IMG/VR virus record: IMGVR_UViG_3300048929_000179
Span: 1 to 21,881 of that record
DNA: 21,881 bases
Strand: one strand, 5' to 3'
DNA from: a virus
Under the pieces are notes generated by a model. It ran no database searches, had not been told where the DNA came from, and was given only the letters and a program-made list of their open reading frames with translations. Both the position numbers and the translations under genes were made by a program. This document shows positions 6,844 through 17,290 of this stretch, in pieces. Numbering within the stretch: position 1 is the first letter of the stretch; each line of letters starts with the position of its first letter.

Positions 6844-6872
6844 ATTATAATACTACCCATAAAAATAGTCAA
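6844..6872 (-). promoter_or_regulatory. Near-consensus sigmaA promoter of the moron
   Basis: TTGACT (6872-6867)-17-TATAAT (6849-6844). Confidence 0.8.
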
Positions 6873-6878
6873 TTATTC

Positions 6879-9704
6879 TTAACCGCCCAGAGCCTTAAGT
6901 CTATCGTCAAACCACTTCATAGTCTCTGTGAGAGTCCACGTCTCACCTCCCCACCATGAGTCCCCAGTGATTCTAATATCGGTAGCGTATACCTTTTCAC
7001 CGCTAACAGCAAAGACGTAATTATTTATGGCAGTTGGACTTCCTCCGCTAAATCCACCCCACAGTGCAAACCGATTCGAAGCAGTGCTTGCAGACATTCC
7101 AGAGTATTGATCTGTAGACATAAATAATGCACGATCAGTATACGTGGTATAAAAATCTCCCATGTACACCTCATTATCGCTCACATAGAAAAACCCGTTA
7201 CCAATACTAATTCTTCCACCAGTGATATATGTACTAGAATTTCCGGTTAATCCGGTTGCCCCAATACTCCAACCACCAATGGTACCAGATGTTGCAGTAA
7301 TTACGCCTGATATATTGGCGTTTGAAGCGTATAAGTATCCTTGGTTCGTCACTCTAAACGGTGCGATAGCTGAATTGCTGTTACCCGCCCAATAAGCGAT
7401 TGCTCCTGTAGTAGCATCAGAACTCATACCTACATTACCAGAGTATAATCTATTTGTAGTAATAGTCCAGTTAGCAATATGTCCTTCATCAATTTCTGCA
7501 CGACCTTTGAATACCAACTTGTTTGTGACGGCATCTATATAGAAGAGTTTCGTTCCATTTTTAGAAATGTTCAAGATATTAGCAGGATCATCAGGATTAA
7601 TCTGTACTCGGAATCCATTAGTTGCGGAAGCCACAAACCCGTTTTGGTCAAGTGTGAGAGTATTATTCTTGTTTTGGATTGAAAGAGATTCTCCGAAGAA
7701 CATATCTCCAGCAATCACGTCAGCAGCGACAGCATAGAATTCCTTTGTTACACCACCTACGGTCTTATATACTTTGCCTATTGCAACCTTTGGAGTCTTT
7801 AGATTTGTTCCATCTGGTTCTTCAAATAATAGTATCTGTCTGTTGGTAATCCAAAGTTTTTCTGGTGCAAATTTACTTTGTTCTGGTAAATACTTTCTGA
7901 ATAAAAGTCCTGCGTCACTTAAATCGGTAACAATGTTATTCGCATTACTCTGAATCTGCTGTAAACTCAAGTCAAGAATTTCTTTCTTAGTGGCATTGTA
8001 AGCAACGGTTGCCTGTTCACTGGCCTGATTCCACCCTGAAGTTTTATAATCGAGAGTGGTGCTAGACCTATTTACCATGTTTTTGATGGTTTCAAACTCA
8101 AAGAAACCGTCTTCCAAACTTGTTTTAGAGCTGAAAGTGAGAGAGAAGTTCTTAAAGTTATCCCAATCCAATTCCATCTTTAATAGTCTAGCTGAGAAGA
8201 AAGCTGTATCTGAATACTTAATCCTCACAATATCACCTAATTCAAGCTGTTCTGTCCAGTCTTTATAATTGAATAGTACAGGAAAATTCACAGCGTCGAC
8301 AGTCATTTCAAACTGTGGGAAACACACTCTCGACAACTCACTCATGCCATGTTCGTACAAATCTTTCTTCATAGCAAGAACTTCTGTATCGGTCATTATA
8401 TCGGTTGCAATATATGAGTCATCACATAGTTTGTCCTCACGAATAAATGGTTGCAATTCTATATATAAATCTTCACCAAGGACAGACTTAATGTCTACGG
8501 TATAAGAGCGTATTTCGGTCTGCTTCGCCGTAATCTGTGTATTCTTAGCTGTAATTTGTGATTGTCTTACAATGATTTCAGCAGTTACTTGATTCCAAAG
8601 AGTATTATTCGTAGTATATGCTTGCGCAGAAGTAGGGTCATTCCCCATTTTATCTGTATACAAAGACATATTACTCAAATATATTTTCTCTTTACTCTTT
8701 AGTCCCACAAGTCCATACTGCGTCCAATCTGTACTGGATTCGTTGGCGGGCATTTTATTGTTTAGATTATATAATTCTTCGTACAGAGTGTTTAGTTGAG
8801 AGAGAGCAGTGGATATCAATACTCCATTGGTTTCCATTAACTGATAATATTCTTCTAGTTTGGTTTTGAGTTCTATACTCATATCTTCATAGAAGTAACT
8901 AAAATTTGTTATGTAGCCATTACTGCTTGCATTAACTCCTGCAATAGATAGTGGAGTGCCACTGGCATCGTTTCCACCTGTGACATATAACATAGTTTTA
9001 ATGTCATCTTCATTCCAGGAGATATCCAATTGTTTTAACAAGTTACGGAATGATAACACAACTGGAACGGTCTTACCGAAGTTTTCCAGCTTATACGCTG
9101 ACACAGATCTATCATTGCTGTCAAAGGTAAATATACATTCAAACGCAGTAGCTACGTCTTCGGTAAGAAATTTATATGAAGATATACTATCATTACTAAA
9201 ACTTCTACGTCCTTTGGATATAGCGTCGTCTATATGCTTGAATGTCCACCCCGGATTCTTAGCCATAAATATATGAGCAATGCTATGAGCGGTATCAGCA
9301 GCATCATAAAGTGCGTATCTATCTAATCCACCTTGTTCATCGTCTTCGGTGCCCATAGACCCAAAAGAGGTTAGTAGGGTTTGAGTTAATTCTGTCACAA
9401 GGTCATATCCTGTAACTTCAATGAGTGGATTCACGCCATCATCTGTACGTTTTATATCTGTTATTCTGAACCAACCTGCATTGTTTACTTTGAAATATTT
9501 ACCGATTGAAACCTTACTATATCCAAGATTTTCCTGAGATCCATTATACTTATACATTTGAAACTTGAAACTAGATATCCCGTTTACGTACAATGACGCC
9601 TTCATATGTAACACATTGAGCTTACAAATTATTTTCTTATTGGGGTATGATAAATATACTTTTGCTGGATCGATATTATTATAAGCGTTAAAAGTAAATT
9701 TCAT
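6879..9704 (-). CDS. Tal-like tail tip/hub protein with C-terminal beta-repeat spike
   Basis: Position after Dit; FRNLLKQLDISWNEDDIKTMLYVTGG and LELGDIVRI...ARLLKMELD prophage-tail motifs; GTIGGWSIG and APFRVT..G repeats. Confidence 0.8.
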   Translation of the reverse strand: MKFTFNAYNNIDPAKVYLSYPNKKIICKLNVLHMKASLYVNGISSFKFQMYKYNGSQENLGYSKVSIGKYFKVNNAGWFRITDIKRTDDGVNPLIEVTGYDLVTELTQTLLTSFGSMGTEDDEQGGLDRYALYDAADTAHSIAHIFMAKNPGWTFKHIDDAISKGRRSFSNDSISSYKFLTEDVATAFECIFTFDSNDRSVSAYKLENFGKTVPVVLSFRNLLKQLDISWNEDDIKTMLYVTGGNDASGTPLSIAGVNASSNGYITNFSYFYEDMSIELKTKLEEYYQLMETNGVLISTALSQLNTLYEELYNLNNKMPANESSTDWTQYGLVGLKSKEKIYLSNMSLYTDKMGNDPTSAQAYTTNNTLWNQVTAEIIVRQSQITAKNTQITAKQTEIRSYTVDIKSVLGEDLYIELQPFIREDKLCDDSYIATDIMTDTEVLAMKKDLYEHGMSELSRVCFPQFEMTVDAVNFPVLFNYKDWTEQLELGDIVRIKYSDTAFFSARLLKMELDWDNFKNFSLTFSSKTSLEDGFFEFETIKNMVNRSSTTLDYKTSGWNQASEQATVAYNATKKEILDLSLQQIQSNANNIVTDLSDAGLLFRKYLPEQSKFAPEKLWITNRQILLFEEPDGTNLKTPKVAIGKVYKTVGGVTKEFYAVAADVIAGDMFFGESLSIQNKNNTLTLDQNGFVASATNGFRVQINPDDPANILNISKNGTKLFYIDAVTNKLVFKGRAEIDEGHIANWTITTNRLYSGNVGMSSDATTGAIAYWAGNSNSAIAPFRVTNQGYLYASNANISGVITATSGTIGGWSIGATGLTGNSSTYITGGRISIGNGFFYVSDNEVYMGDFYTTYTDRALFMSTDQYSGMSASTASNRFALWGGFSGGSPTAINNYVFAVSGEKVYATDIRITGDSWWGGETWTLTETMKWFDDRLKALGG

Positions 9705-10498
9705 AGGAAGTTTATCACCAACTTTCTGTACTCACGATACTTAATTAAAACAGTACACTTTAAGTTAAACGTGAGAGTATTTTCTTCGTCATAGAGTCTT
9801 GGGCATATTAAATTTGAATCACTCATTATGTCATGCGCCGTACGACTAGTTGTAATATTTTCATCTTTAATGGTGATTATTTCACCCACTTGCAAGTTGC
9901 TAATTTCAGTTTTATATGCACTATCGGTTTCGGCTGAATTTGTAATTGTGAGTTTTCCTGCTTCTTGCGTGGTAATTTGCAACTCTGGATATATCTCTAA
10001 TTCCTCATCGTTGTTTACATATATACTTATTGTTTTAACTGTATCGGTAATGGAATATGTGTTTTCATATTCGTCAGAGAATGCGACAGGAGAGGAAGTT
10101 TGTACTGTATATTGGATTCCTTTTACTTCCATAACAGTCCACGTCTGAGGGTTATAGAATTTTGCTCTTACCCATGCATCGCCAAATCTTTCATCATGAA
10201 TAAACAGCCACTCATAATCTCCACGATTACAGAATGCTTTGCTCATAGCACGTTCCTGTTCGGCTGAAATGTCCGAACCATCTTTGTTAATTACTTGTAA
10301 CGTGAACTCCATTGGCTCTTTGTAACTCTGCGATATTTTCTGATACTCAATTGCTTGTGCTGCTTTATCTGTTACAATCTCAGAAACTTGCCCTTTATTG
10401 AAACGACTTGATGTTGACTCAAGACTTACAGCCATAACTCCAAATTCATCGCTACACCAGTTGCCAAATGTAAATGAACCTCTATACATATTTTTCAC
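9701..10498 (-). CDS. Distal tail protein (Dit)
   Basis: FTFG...SDEFG N-terminus, T.SP.AFS, IYPELQI, PRLYDEENTL; lies between tape measure and Tal with an ATGA overlap. Confidence 0.8.
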   Translation of the reverse strand: MKNMYRGSFTFGNWCSDEFGVMAVSLESTSSRFNKGQVSEIVTDKAAQAIEYQKISQSYKEPMEFTLQVINKDGSDISAEQERAMSKAFCNRGDYEWLFIHDERFGDAWVRAKFYNPQTWTVMEVKGIQYTVQTSSPVAFSDEYENTYSITDTVKTISIYVNNDEELEIYPELQITTQEAGKLTITNSAETDSAYKTEISNLQVGEIITIKDENITTSRTAHDIMSDSNLICPRLYDEENTLTFNLKCTVLIKYREYRKLVINFL

Positions 10499-10517
10499 TT
10501 CCTTTCTTCGTTTAATA

Positions 10518-10552
10518 GAAAAAGACCGTATGGCGATGAAGCCATACGATCC
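10518..10552 (-). terminator. Intrinsic terminator between tape measure and Dit
   Basis: Minus strand GATCGTATGGC-TTCATC-GCCATACGGTC-TTTTT. Confidence 0.75.
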
Positions 10553-10556
10553 TAAA

Positions 10557-13500
10557 TTATCTTTGTGTTCCTTTTGTTTTGTAGGCGCTATTCATTTGAT
10601 CTACAATTTTGCTAGGGATTCCATTAACTAAATCAGTTACGTAGTCTTTCATAGTACTGTCTAATCCACCTTCAATTGTTACTAGTGGACTTGTGATGTT
10701 GAGTGCGACACCATTGTTGTTAGGCATAATTTTAGTGGTATCGAGTGTTGGTAAATTTGACATAAGTGCATTTGCGATGTGTCTGGTCGGATCATTAGCC
10801 ATATCATATAATGTCTTTGTCATTCCAGAATTGAATACCGTTTCCCCACCTTTAAACTGCATGAGAGTACCAGTGTTGTCTCTAATAAGTTCGCTACCAA
10901 CCCCCTCTTCGTCCATATAAGCTAATCCTGACTTTGCAGAAATAGTTCCACTTTTGTATCCCACTGTAATATTTCTGCGTTTCACCTCATCATAAGATAA
11001 AGTATTTCCGTCCCATACGCCATCATCATTTACGTAATAATATCCACTACCATTTTTAGCCTTTATAGCCATGTCAGTAGCCATAGTGCCATCAGATTTT
11101 AAATAGTACTGCTTGCCATCTTTACTATTTCGCCATGTGGATTTAACCATCTGACCGTTTTCTGGCTCAAAGTATCTCCAATCACCAGAACTTTCGTCCC
11201 AACCAGTTTTCATGTAACCATCTTCGTTGAAACTATATTGCTTGCCTCCAATGGTATATGTACCATCAGACACATAGTCGTCATTAGATGAGCCATACCA
11301 CCAGCCTTTAGATGTCTTCTGCCATGTGCCACTACCCGTGACATCTTCAAATCCAGAACCGGACAATCCACCGGAAGCTCCTCCCATCATACTTACCAAC
11401 TCGGTAAGACTTGACAAATCAATACTCGCAATATCAATGTTGATTTGAGCAATGGCATCACTAACAGCAGACTGGAATGTATCGACTGCGCTACTTGCGG
11501 ATTCCCATGGAGACGTGAGATCAGATGTGGTTGCTAAGTTATAATCCTCTCCATATTTTGTGAGTGTTTTATAAACTGTGCTATAATTATTCTTTACATC
11601 GGAGAGATAGTCAGAGATTACCTTTTGCTGTTTGTCATAATTATTTTTCAACTCATCTAATTCAGCCTTCTTAGCATTTGAATAGTTTTCTGTTTCTTTG
11701 TCCAGCGCCTTAACTTGTTGGTCATAAACATTGTCTGCCTGTTCTTTTGCTAATTCGTCCTTCGCATCTTTTAATTGCTTTTCTAACTGTAGTCTTTGAG
11801 CAATATCCTGTCTATTTGTTGAATTAGATAATTCATTTATTTTTGCCTGTAAATTATTAATACCTGTCTGCTTCTTGCTAATACTATCGAGATAATCCTG
11901 ATATCCTTTTTCTACCTCCCATGCCTTTTTCGTTGTATCAGCAAGTTTATTCATATCATCAATCTGTGCCTGTATCGCATCATATCTAAACTGTAAAATG
12001 GCAGATTCGGCTTCTTTGGTGGCTTTGACGGCTGCCAATTGCGCACTCGTATATTCATTTAGCTTATCATTATATTCAGACTGTGTGAGTGAGCCATTTT
12101 CATACATTTCGTTAACAGCTTCAATGGCGTTTGCATATTCAGCCGCTTGCTGTTTTGCATTGGCATATTGCTGACCATACAAAGCAATCTGAGCCAAACC
12201 CTTAGAAGTAATCATGCTGTCTTGCATTAATCCATCAGAACCCATGACATCAATCATAGCGCTTACACTGTTGTTGATCCGGTCTATTGTGTTGACAAAG
12301 TCTTTAATGCCGTCAAAAGATAAATTAATCATGGCCTGACGGAAATCGTTCATTGATGAAACCGTGTCGTTCATCTCTGAATTAATGTTAATCAGTTCCT
12401 CACGATATTTACGCCATTCGTCCGTGCCTGTTTTAATTGCACCAGAACTTACAGCCTTTGAGAGCTCTTTGCTTAATGAGTTATATTCGCTTTCGAGCTG
12501 ATTGTAAATACCTTTTTGCTGACTGATTAAATTCTCGTAATCTGTGTTTGATATTTCTTGTCCGAGTTTTTTCTGTAAATCAAGAAGACTCTTACTAAAG
12601 GAAGAATACTTTTCAGACAGAGACACTAAACTTTCAAAGTCATTAATTATGTTATCTAACCTGGATTTTGCCAATTCTTGCATTGACTTCTTGGTTTCAT
12701 CGATTTTCTTACGAACATCTTCGGCCTTGTTGTACCATTCCTGATAATTTTTGATATTATTGGAAACCGTTTCGTCGGTTATCGTTTCAATCTCCATCGT
12801 ACCGTTTTTAATTTTATCTATGTACGATTCGGGCAAGCCTAACGACTTTGCTTTTTCATTATATGAATCCATTATAGCTTCTAAAGCAGTAACCTTATTA
12901 GCCATTTCATCAATAGCAGTGTCTGTCAAAGTATTCTTTGACTTATAATTCGAAGCGTCAGCAATTCTATCTTGGAGATTTTTAACCTTCTCATCTGCAC
13001 GATCTATAAGAATTTCTATCCAATCAATCTCATCCTTAAAAGCTTCTTTATCCTTTTTTCCAGATCCAGATGCCTTATTTGTCTTCGTTCCACCAGAATA
13101 TGATGCATTTACATTTGTACCTTTGCCTTTGTAACCTCTGGCGGACTTTATGGCGTTATCTACTTCTTTTTGAGCTTCTGTTTTTGCCGCATCTAGCTTT
13201 TTGTTGTACTCACTGAGTTGTTTTGCTTGTTCCGCAGCCTGACCAAGTTGACCAGGATTGAAACCTCCAGACAACAAACTTTCTCTATTAGTCTTTTGAG
13301 TTTCTGCATCAAAAATTTGACCAGACTTAAGTTTGTTGTAGTTTTGGAGAGCAGTACTGGCGGTTCCAATTACTCCAATTAAAGATATTACGTTTTCAAT
13401 ATCCCCACTAGTATCAAGCGTAGTTCCATTTACGTTTGCCTTTTCCAAAGCAAGTCCAGCAATTGCAACCTTTGCAACGTCACTTTGAGTGGCTTCATCA

Positions 13501-16500
13501 ATTAGCTTAGGAATCTCACTTGCGGTAGCATTTGTGAGTGCATCACTCATATCTACAGTATAAGCCTTTTCTGCGGATAGTCTTTCTTGTGTAACTGCGA
13601 GTCTATTTGAAACTACTTCATCTGCATTTGCAACGCCCATATTCTTGAGCATAGCCGTGGTTAGTCCAGCGTTATCTTCCGTAAGCCCCTCTAATGCCTC
13701 AGAGTTATCGAGCCATTCAGTAACAAGATCGTTGAATGCTGATTGCGCCCCTTTAACATCTTTTGGTGAAGAAGATATCTTTTCAATGAAGTTTGCGTAG
13801 GAATCACCAAGTTCGCCAAATGCCTTTTTAAAATTGCCATCATCTAAAAGCGAATAATCAAAAGGATTTTTGCCTTGCATACTATTCATTATTTTGTCAA
13901 GGGACTCAAAACCCGTTGATAATGAATTAATATTGGCAATGAGTTCTTGTTTTGATATGGGAGCGAAAGCATTATTTCCAGACTCAGCAACCTTACCTTG
14001 AATAATATCTAGTCGTTGAAGAACCGTAATCACACCTTCAACGTTTAATCCGTATTTTTTAGCATACTCGACAAGCTTGTCAAAGTTGTCGGTTTTGCCG
14101 TCATCAGCCATTGCAAGCAAATCTTCTTCAGAGAGACCACGCAAGTCGCTTGTAAGACTTTTTAGGTTATCCCGATTTGACTTAATACCGTCTTCAAAAT
14201 CATATATACTAGTATCTGCTTTACTAAAAACATCTGTGACGATAGCACCATATCGACCCCAATCATTACTAGTAAGGTCTATAGATTTTTTTACACCATC
14301 AAGATCTTTTTTAGCAGTTGATATTTTTGATTCGTCACCAGACGCAAGAGCTTCGTTAAATTTTTCTACTGCTATTTTTGCATCATTATATCCATTTGCT
14401 AAATTCTTATTGTCACTTGCTTGAAGTTCGGCATCTAAGCGTGCTTTGTATTTTTCCCCAAATTCATCAATAGTTTTTTTTGCCTTATTTAACTCTGGGC
14501 TTGTGGCTCCTAATATTGTAGAAATAAGAGGATCATTCTTACCGTATTTTTCTTGGAGCGCTGTTACGGCATTCATAAAATCATTAATTTGTTTATATGC
14601 AGTAGTGGGATCTGCGGTAAGTCTAATAGTAAATGCTCCCGTAGACTCCTCCGTATCCGTCTTAAGCCCAAGCTGTTTTGCTATATCTAAAACATCTTTA
14701 CCTTGGTCGGTATACATACTAACATCTCTGCCAAAAATGTTGTAGGACTTCTGAGATGTCATTTGATTTTCTGCATCTTCCAAACCCTTAGTATTTTCAT
14801 TTAAGAATTTCTGTGCAGAAACCTTGTTTAGCTGTCTTATAGCTTCTGTTTGATCTTTGTAGGCATCTGTTACTAGATTAAGTTTTCCATGCTCCTCACC
14901 ATATTTTTCATTTAAGTCTTTCTGTATGGCAAGTAGCTCTTGCTTAATTTGTTTTTGTCGTTCCTCTGTAGCATTCGTGTTTAATAATTCGTCATGTAGT
15001 TTTTTATATTTGGAAGCAGATTCCTCTATAGCATTAGATGAATCTGTAAAGATATTAGTTGCCTCGGTTGTTTTTTGGCGCATATCTTCTACAGACTGCT
15101 TATACGCGTTCCACGCAGCCATTCCAGCAGTAACAGCCATTCCAACCATCATCAATGGATTCGCCATCATTGTAGCCCATAAACCCTTTAGCGCAGTACT
15201 AAGCCCAAGAGTGGACACCTTTGCTGTGGTTTGTGCAGTTGTAAGTGTTCCCGTGGAAATTGCAGCCTTAATTTCTTCGGCAGAAACTCCAGCTGTTGTC
15301 AAAGCCATAATTTTTTGTTCTTTGCTTAATGCAGATTGAGAAACTATATTGATTTTGGTTTGAGTATCTACTGTTTTTAAAATTGCAGCAAGAGAAGAGT
15401 AGCTTGATGCTCCAGTAGAAACAGCTGAGTTTAACTCATTTAAGGCTGTAACCGCTGTCCCCGCGGATTTTAAATCTTGAAAATTCTCAACAAATGCACC
15501 AAGTCCAATTGCACCCATTGCTGCGGGGAATAATCCAATTGTTTGAACTATTGATTGCAGGATATTATTAAGTTCTGATCCAGAATCAATTAAAGATTTT
15601 AGAAAATCAGAATTTACTACGGTCTGAGATAGTGACTGAAATGATGCAATATATTGTTGTGTTTTTGCCTCAAGAGAATCCATCCATCTGGCCTGTTCCT
15701 GATAGGCACTACCCTCTGAATTAATAGATGCCTGAAGCGCTTTATCTACCTGTCCAGATTCAAATGACTGGATAAGAGCAGCAACCTGATTTCCCCTCTG
15801 TTTACCTGCCACGATTTCGAGAAGATCTGCTTGATCAGTTTGAGAAATCTGTGACCAAACCTTAGATATTCCCTTTAAAATTTCATATGTAGACTTAAAA
15901 TTACCCGAATCATCAAAAATGTTTACCGTTCCGCCAGTACGATTGAGTATCTGTGTTTGAATCTTTGAAATAGAGTCAACATTTTCGTATTCTTCACCTA
16001 AGTCTTCTAGCTCACCCTTCATTCCACGCACACGCATTGAGAGAACTTTTAGTGCATTTCCCATTTCAGATGCGTTTTGAATAATTTCAGTACCACCAGT
16101 AAGCATTGCAAGTGATTGGTTTATATCGTTACCAGCAAGTTTTAATGCAGATGCAGAGTTTTTCAACCCTTCACCTAGAGATGCTGAATCAGTTGCAAAC
16201 TTATTTCCAAGTTCATTCAACGAATCAACAATTGTAATACTATCAGATGCCTGAATATTAAAAGCCTTCATTGCCGTAACAAGGTCAGAAACAGCAGTGT
16301 TGTCGTCAACTTCACCAACGTTTGCATAAATCGATGATATTTGAGCTAATTTAGCTGCATCATCAATTCCGAATCCTAACTTTGCCCACGTAGCTGTCTG
16401 CTCGACTAAACTAGAAATAGACCTACCTAATTCCTGTGCATCTTTGTTGGCATTTTTTAGAAATTGTCTATACTTTGTGTCGGTTTCATCTGTTACCTTA

Positions 16501-17129
16501 TATAAATTAGTCATGGCAGTGTCTATATCATAAACCGCCTGATACATTCCTTTTAATGCCCTAACGCTCCCAGCAACCAGCGTACCTATCCCAAACCAGT
16601 TGGAAAAGGCTCTAATATTCTCCTTAAATGTATCACCAAGAGATTTACCAATCATACCAGCAGACTTTGCTTCATTTTTTAACGTGGAAAGCTGGGTCTT
16701 CAAGTTTGCTAGAGACTTATTGTTGTCGGCTGAATCAATAGCGGTTTTTAATTCTAAAAATCTATTACGCAATTCTCCGGTTAATTTTGTGTTTGTGGCT
16801 AAGAATTGATCTATGTTTGATTTAACATTTATTTTTTGAAGATTTAGTCTAGTTATGTTATTGTTAATTCCACCAGAAATCTGTTTACCAATTGACTGAC
16901 CAAGTTGCTGACCCTGTGATTTTAAACCGGATTCATTTAAATTTGACTTAATATTTAAAGTAACCTTTGAATTGTCAAGTGCAGATTGAATCTTGTTTAA
17001 AGCATTGTTACTTAATGTAATATCATCTACGTTGAGACGTAATCCTTTTACATTACTTAATTGTTTTTGGATTTTCGCATCTATACCATTATCAAGCTGC
17101 GCCCCAATTTTAAAATTCAAATCATTCAT
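10557..17129 (-). CDS. Tail tape measure protein (SPbeta YomI-like core), 2190 aa, with C-terminal cell-wall-binding repeats
   Basis: Core motifs TAMTNLYKVTD, IVDSLNELGNKFA, GNALKVLSMRVRG, AGKQRGN; long coiled coils; hydrophobic segments. Start moved to ATG 17129 (GAAGGGGTG RBS) because the first 25 track codons start inside the IS right end. Confidence 0.93.
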   Translation of the reverse strand: MNDLNFKIGAQLDNGIDAKIQKQLSNVKGLRLNVDDITLSNNALNKIQSALDNSKVTLNIKSNLNESGLKSQGQQLGQSIGKQISGGINNNITRLNLQKINVKSNIDQFLATNTKLTGELRNRFLELKTAIDSADNNKSLANLKTQLSTLKNEAKSAGMIGKSLGDTFKENIRAFSNWFGIGTLVAGSVRALKGMYQAVYDIDTAMTNLYKVTDETDTKYRQFLKNANKDAQELGRSISSLVEQTATWAKLGFGIDDAAKLAQISSIYANVGEVDDNTAVSDLVTAMKAFNIQASDSITIVDSLNELGNKFATDSASLGEGLKNSASALKLAGNDINQSLAMLTGGTEIIQNASEMGNALKVLSMRVRGMKGELEDLGEEYENVDSISKIQTQILNRTGGTVNIFDDSGNFKSTYEILKGISKVWSQISQTDQADLLEIVAGKQRGNQVAALIQSFESGQVDKALQASINSEGSAYQEQARWMDSLEAKTQQYIASFQSLSQTVVNSDFLKSLIDSGSELNNILQSIVQTIGLFPAAMGAIGLGAFVENFQDLKSAGTAVTALNELNSAVSTGASSYSSLAAILKTVDTQTKINIVSQSALSKEQKIMALTTAGVSAEEIKAAISTGTLTTAQTTAKVSTLGLSTALKGLWATMMANPLMMVGMAVTAGMAAWNAYKQSVEDMRQKTTEATNIFTDSSNAIEESASKYKKLHDELLNTNATEERQKQIKQELLAIQKDLNEKYGEEHGKLNLVTDAYKDQTEAIRQLNKVSAQKFLNENTKGLEDAENQMTSQKSYNIFGRDVSMYTDQGKDVLDIAKQLGLKTDTEESTGAFTIRLTADPTTAYKQINDFMNAVTALQEKYGKNDPLISTILGATSPELNKAKKTIDEFGEKYKARLDAELQASDNKNLANGYNDAKIAVEKFNEALASGDESKISTAKKDLDGVKKSIDLTSNDWGRYGAIVTDVFSKADTSIYDFEDGIKSNRDNLKSLTSDLRGLSEEDLLAMADDGKTDNFDKLVEYAKKYGLNVEGVITVLQRLDIIQGKVAESGNNAFAPISKQELIANINSLSTGFESLDKIMNSMQGKNPFDYSLLDDGNFKKAFGELGDSYANFIEKISSSPKDVKGAQSAFNDLVTEWLDNSEALEGLTEDNAGLTTAMLKNMGVANADEVVSNRLAVTQERLSAEKAYTVDMSDALTNATASEIPKLIDEATQSDVAKVAIAGLALEKANVNGTTLDTSGDIENVISLIGVIGTASTALQNYNKLKSGQIFDAETQKTNRESLLSGGFNPGQLGQAAEQAKQLSEYNKKLDAAKTEAQKEVDNAIKSARGYKGKGTNVNASYSGGTKTNKASGSGKKDKEAFKDEIDWIEILIDRADEKVKNLQDRIADASNYKSKNTLTDTAIDEMANKVTALEAIMDSYNEKAKSLGLPESYIDKIKNGTMEIETITDETVSNNIKNYQEWYNKAEDVRKKIDETKKSMQELAKSRLDNIINDFESLVSLSEKYSSFSKSLLDLQKKLGQEISNTDYENLISQQKGIYNQLESEYNSLSKELSKAVSSGAIKTGTDEWRKYREELININSEMNDTVSSMNDFRQAMINLSFDGIKDFVNTIDRINNSVSAMIDVMGSDGLMQDSMITSKGLAQIALYGQQYANAKQQAAEYANAIEAVNEMYENGSLTQSEYNDKLNEYTSAQLAAVKATKEAESAILQFRYDAIQAQIDDMNKLADTTKKAWEVEKGYQDYLDSISKKQTGINNLQAKINELSNSTNRQDIAQRLQLEKQLKDAKDELAKEQADNVYDQQVKALDKETENYSNAKKAELDELKNNYDKQQKVISDYLSDVKNNYSTVYKTLTKYGEDYNLATTSDLTSPWESASSAVDTFQSAVSDAIAQINIDIASIDLSSLTELVSMMGGASGGLSGSGFEDVTGSGTWQKTSKGWWYGSSNDDYVSDGTYTIGGKQYSFNEDGYMKTGWDESSGDWRYFEPENGQMVKSTWRNSKDGKQYYLKSDGTMATDMAIKAKNGSGYYYVNDDGVWDGNTLSYDEVKRRNITVGYKSGTISAKSGLAYMDEEGVGSELIRDNTGTLMQFKGGETVFNSGMTKTLYDMANDPTRHIANALMSNLPTLDTTKIMPNNNGVALNITSPLVTIEGGLDSTMKDYVTDLVNGIPSKIVDQMNSAYKTKGTQR

Positions 17130-17132
17130 ATC

Positions 17133-17290
17133 ATCACCCCTTCCGCATAAGCTTGAACCTCTCATCACTAAAGTGACGAGATTCCTACTTCTCAGATTTC
17201 GCAACCTCCATCTCCGTAGGCGTAACTTCCCGTCGTTCCAACGGTATTATTTATTAGTTAGGCACTTAGTGGTCTAAGTCCTTCGTTTAA
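17133..17290 (-). ncRNA. Predicted TnpB omegaRNA/reRNA (scaffold plus flank-derived guide); 5' end approximate
   Basis: ACCGTTGGAACGACGGGAAGTTACGCCTACGGAG...GTAGGAATC + RE hairpin + TTCAA, then guide GCTTATGCGGAAGGGGTGAT; established TnpB architecture. Confidence 0.75.

Noticed and set aside
17130-17204. 25-aa N-terminal extension of the tape measure, or an IStron
   Set aside because: The extension starts in the IS right end. The insertion is intergenic, and only ~85 bp separate the left end from tnpB, too little for a group I intron.
7479-17277. Numerous + strand ORFs of 60-137 aa in the track (also at 1001, 1536, 2353, 2652, 3255, 3394, 4099, 6321 and 20633)
   Set aside because: Antisense shadows of real minus-strand genes, with no RBS or recognisable motifs.
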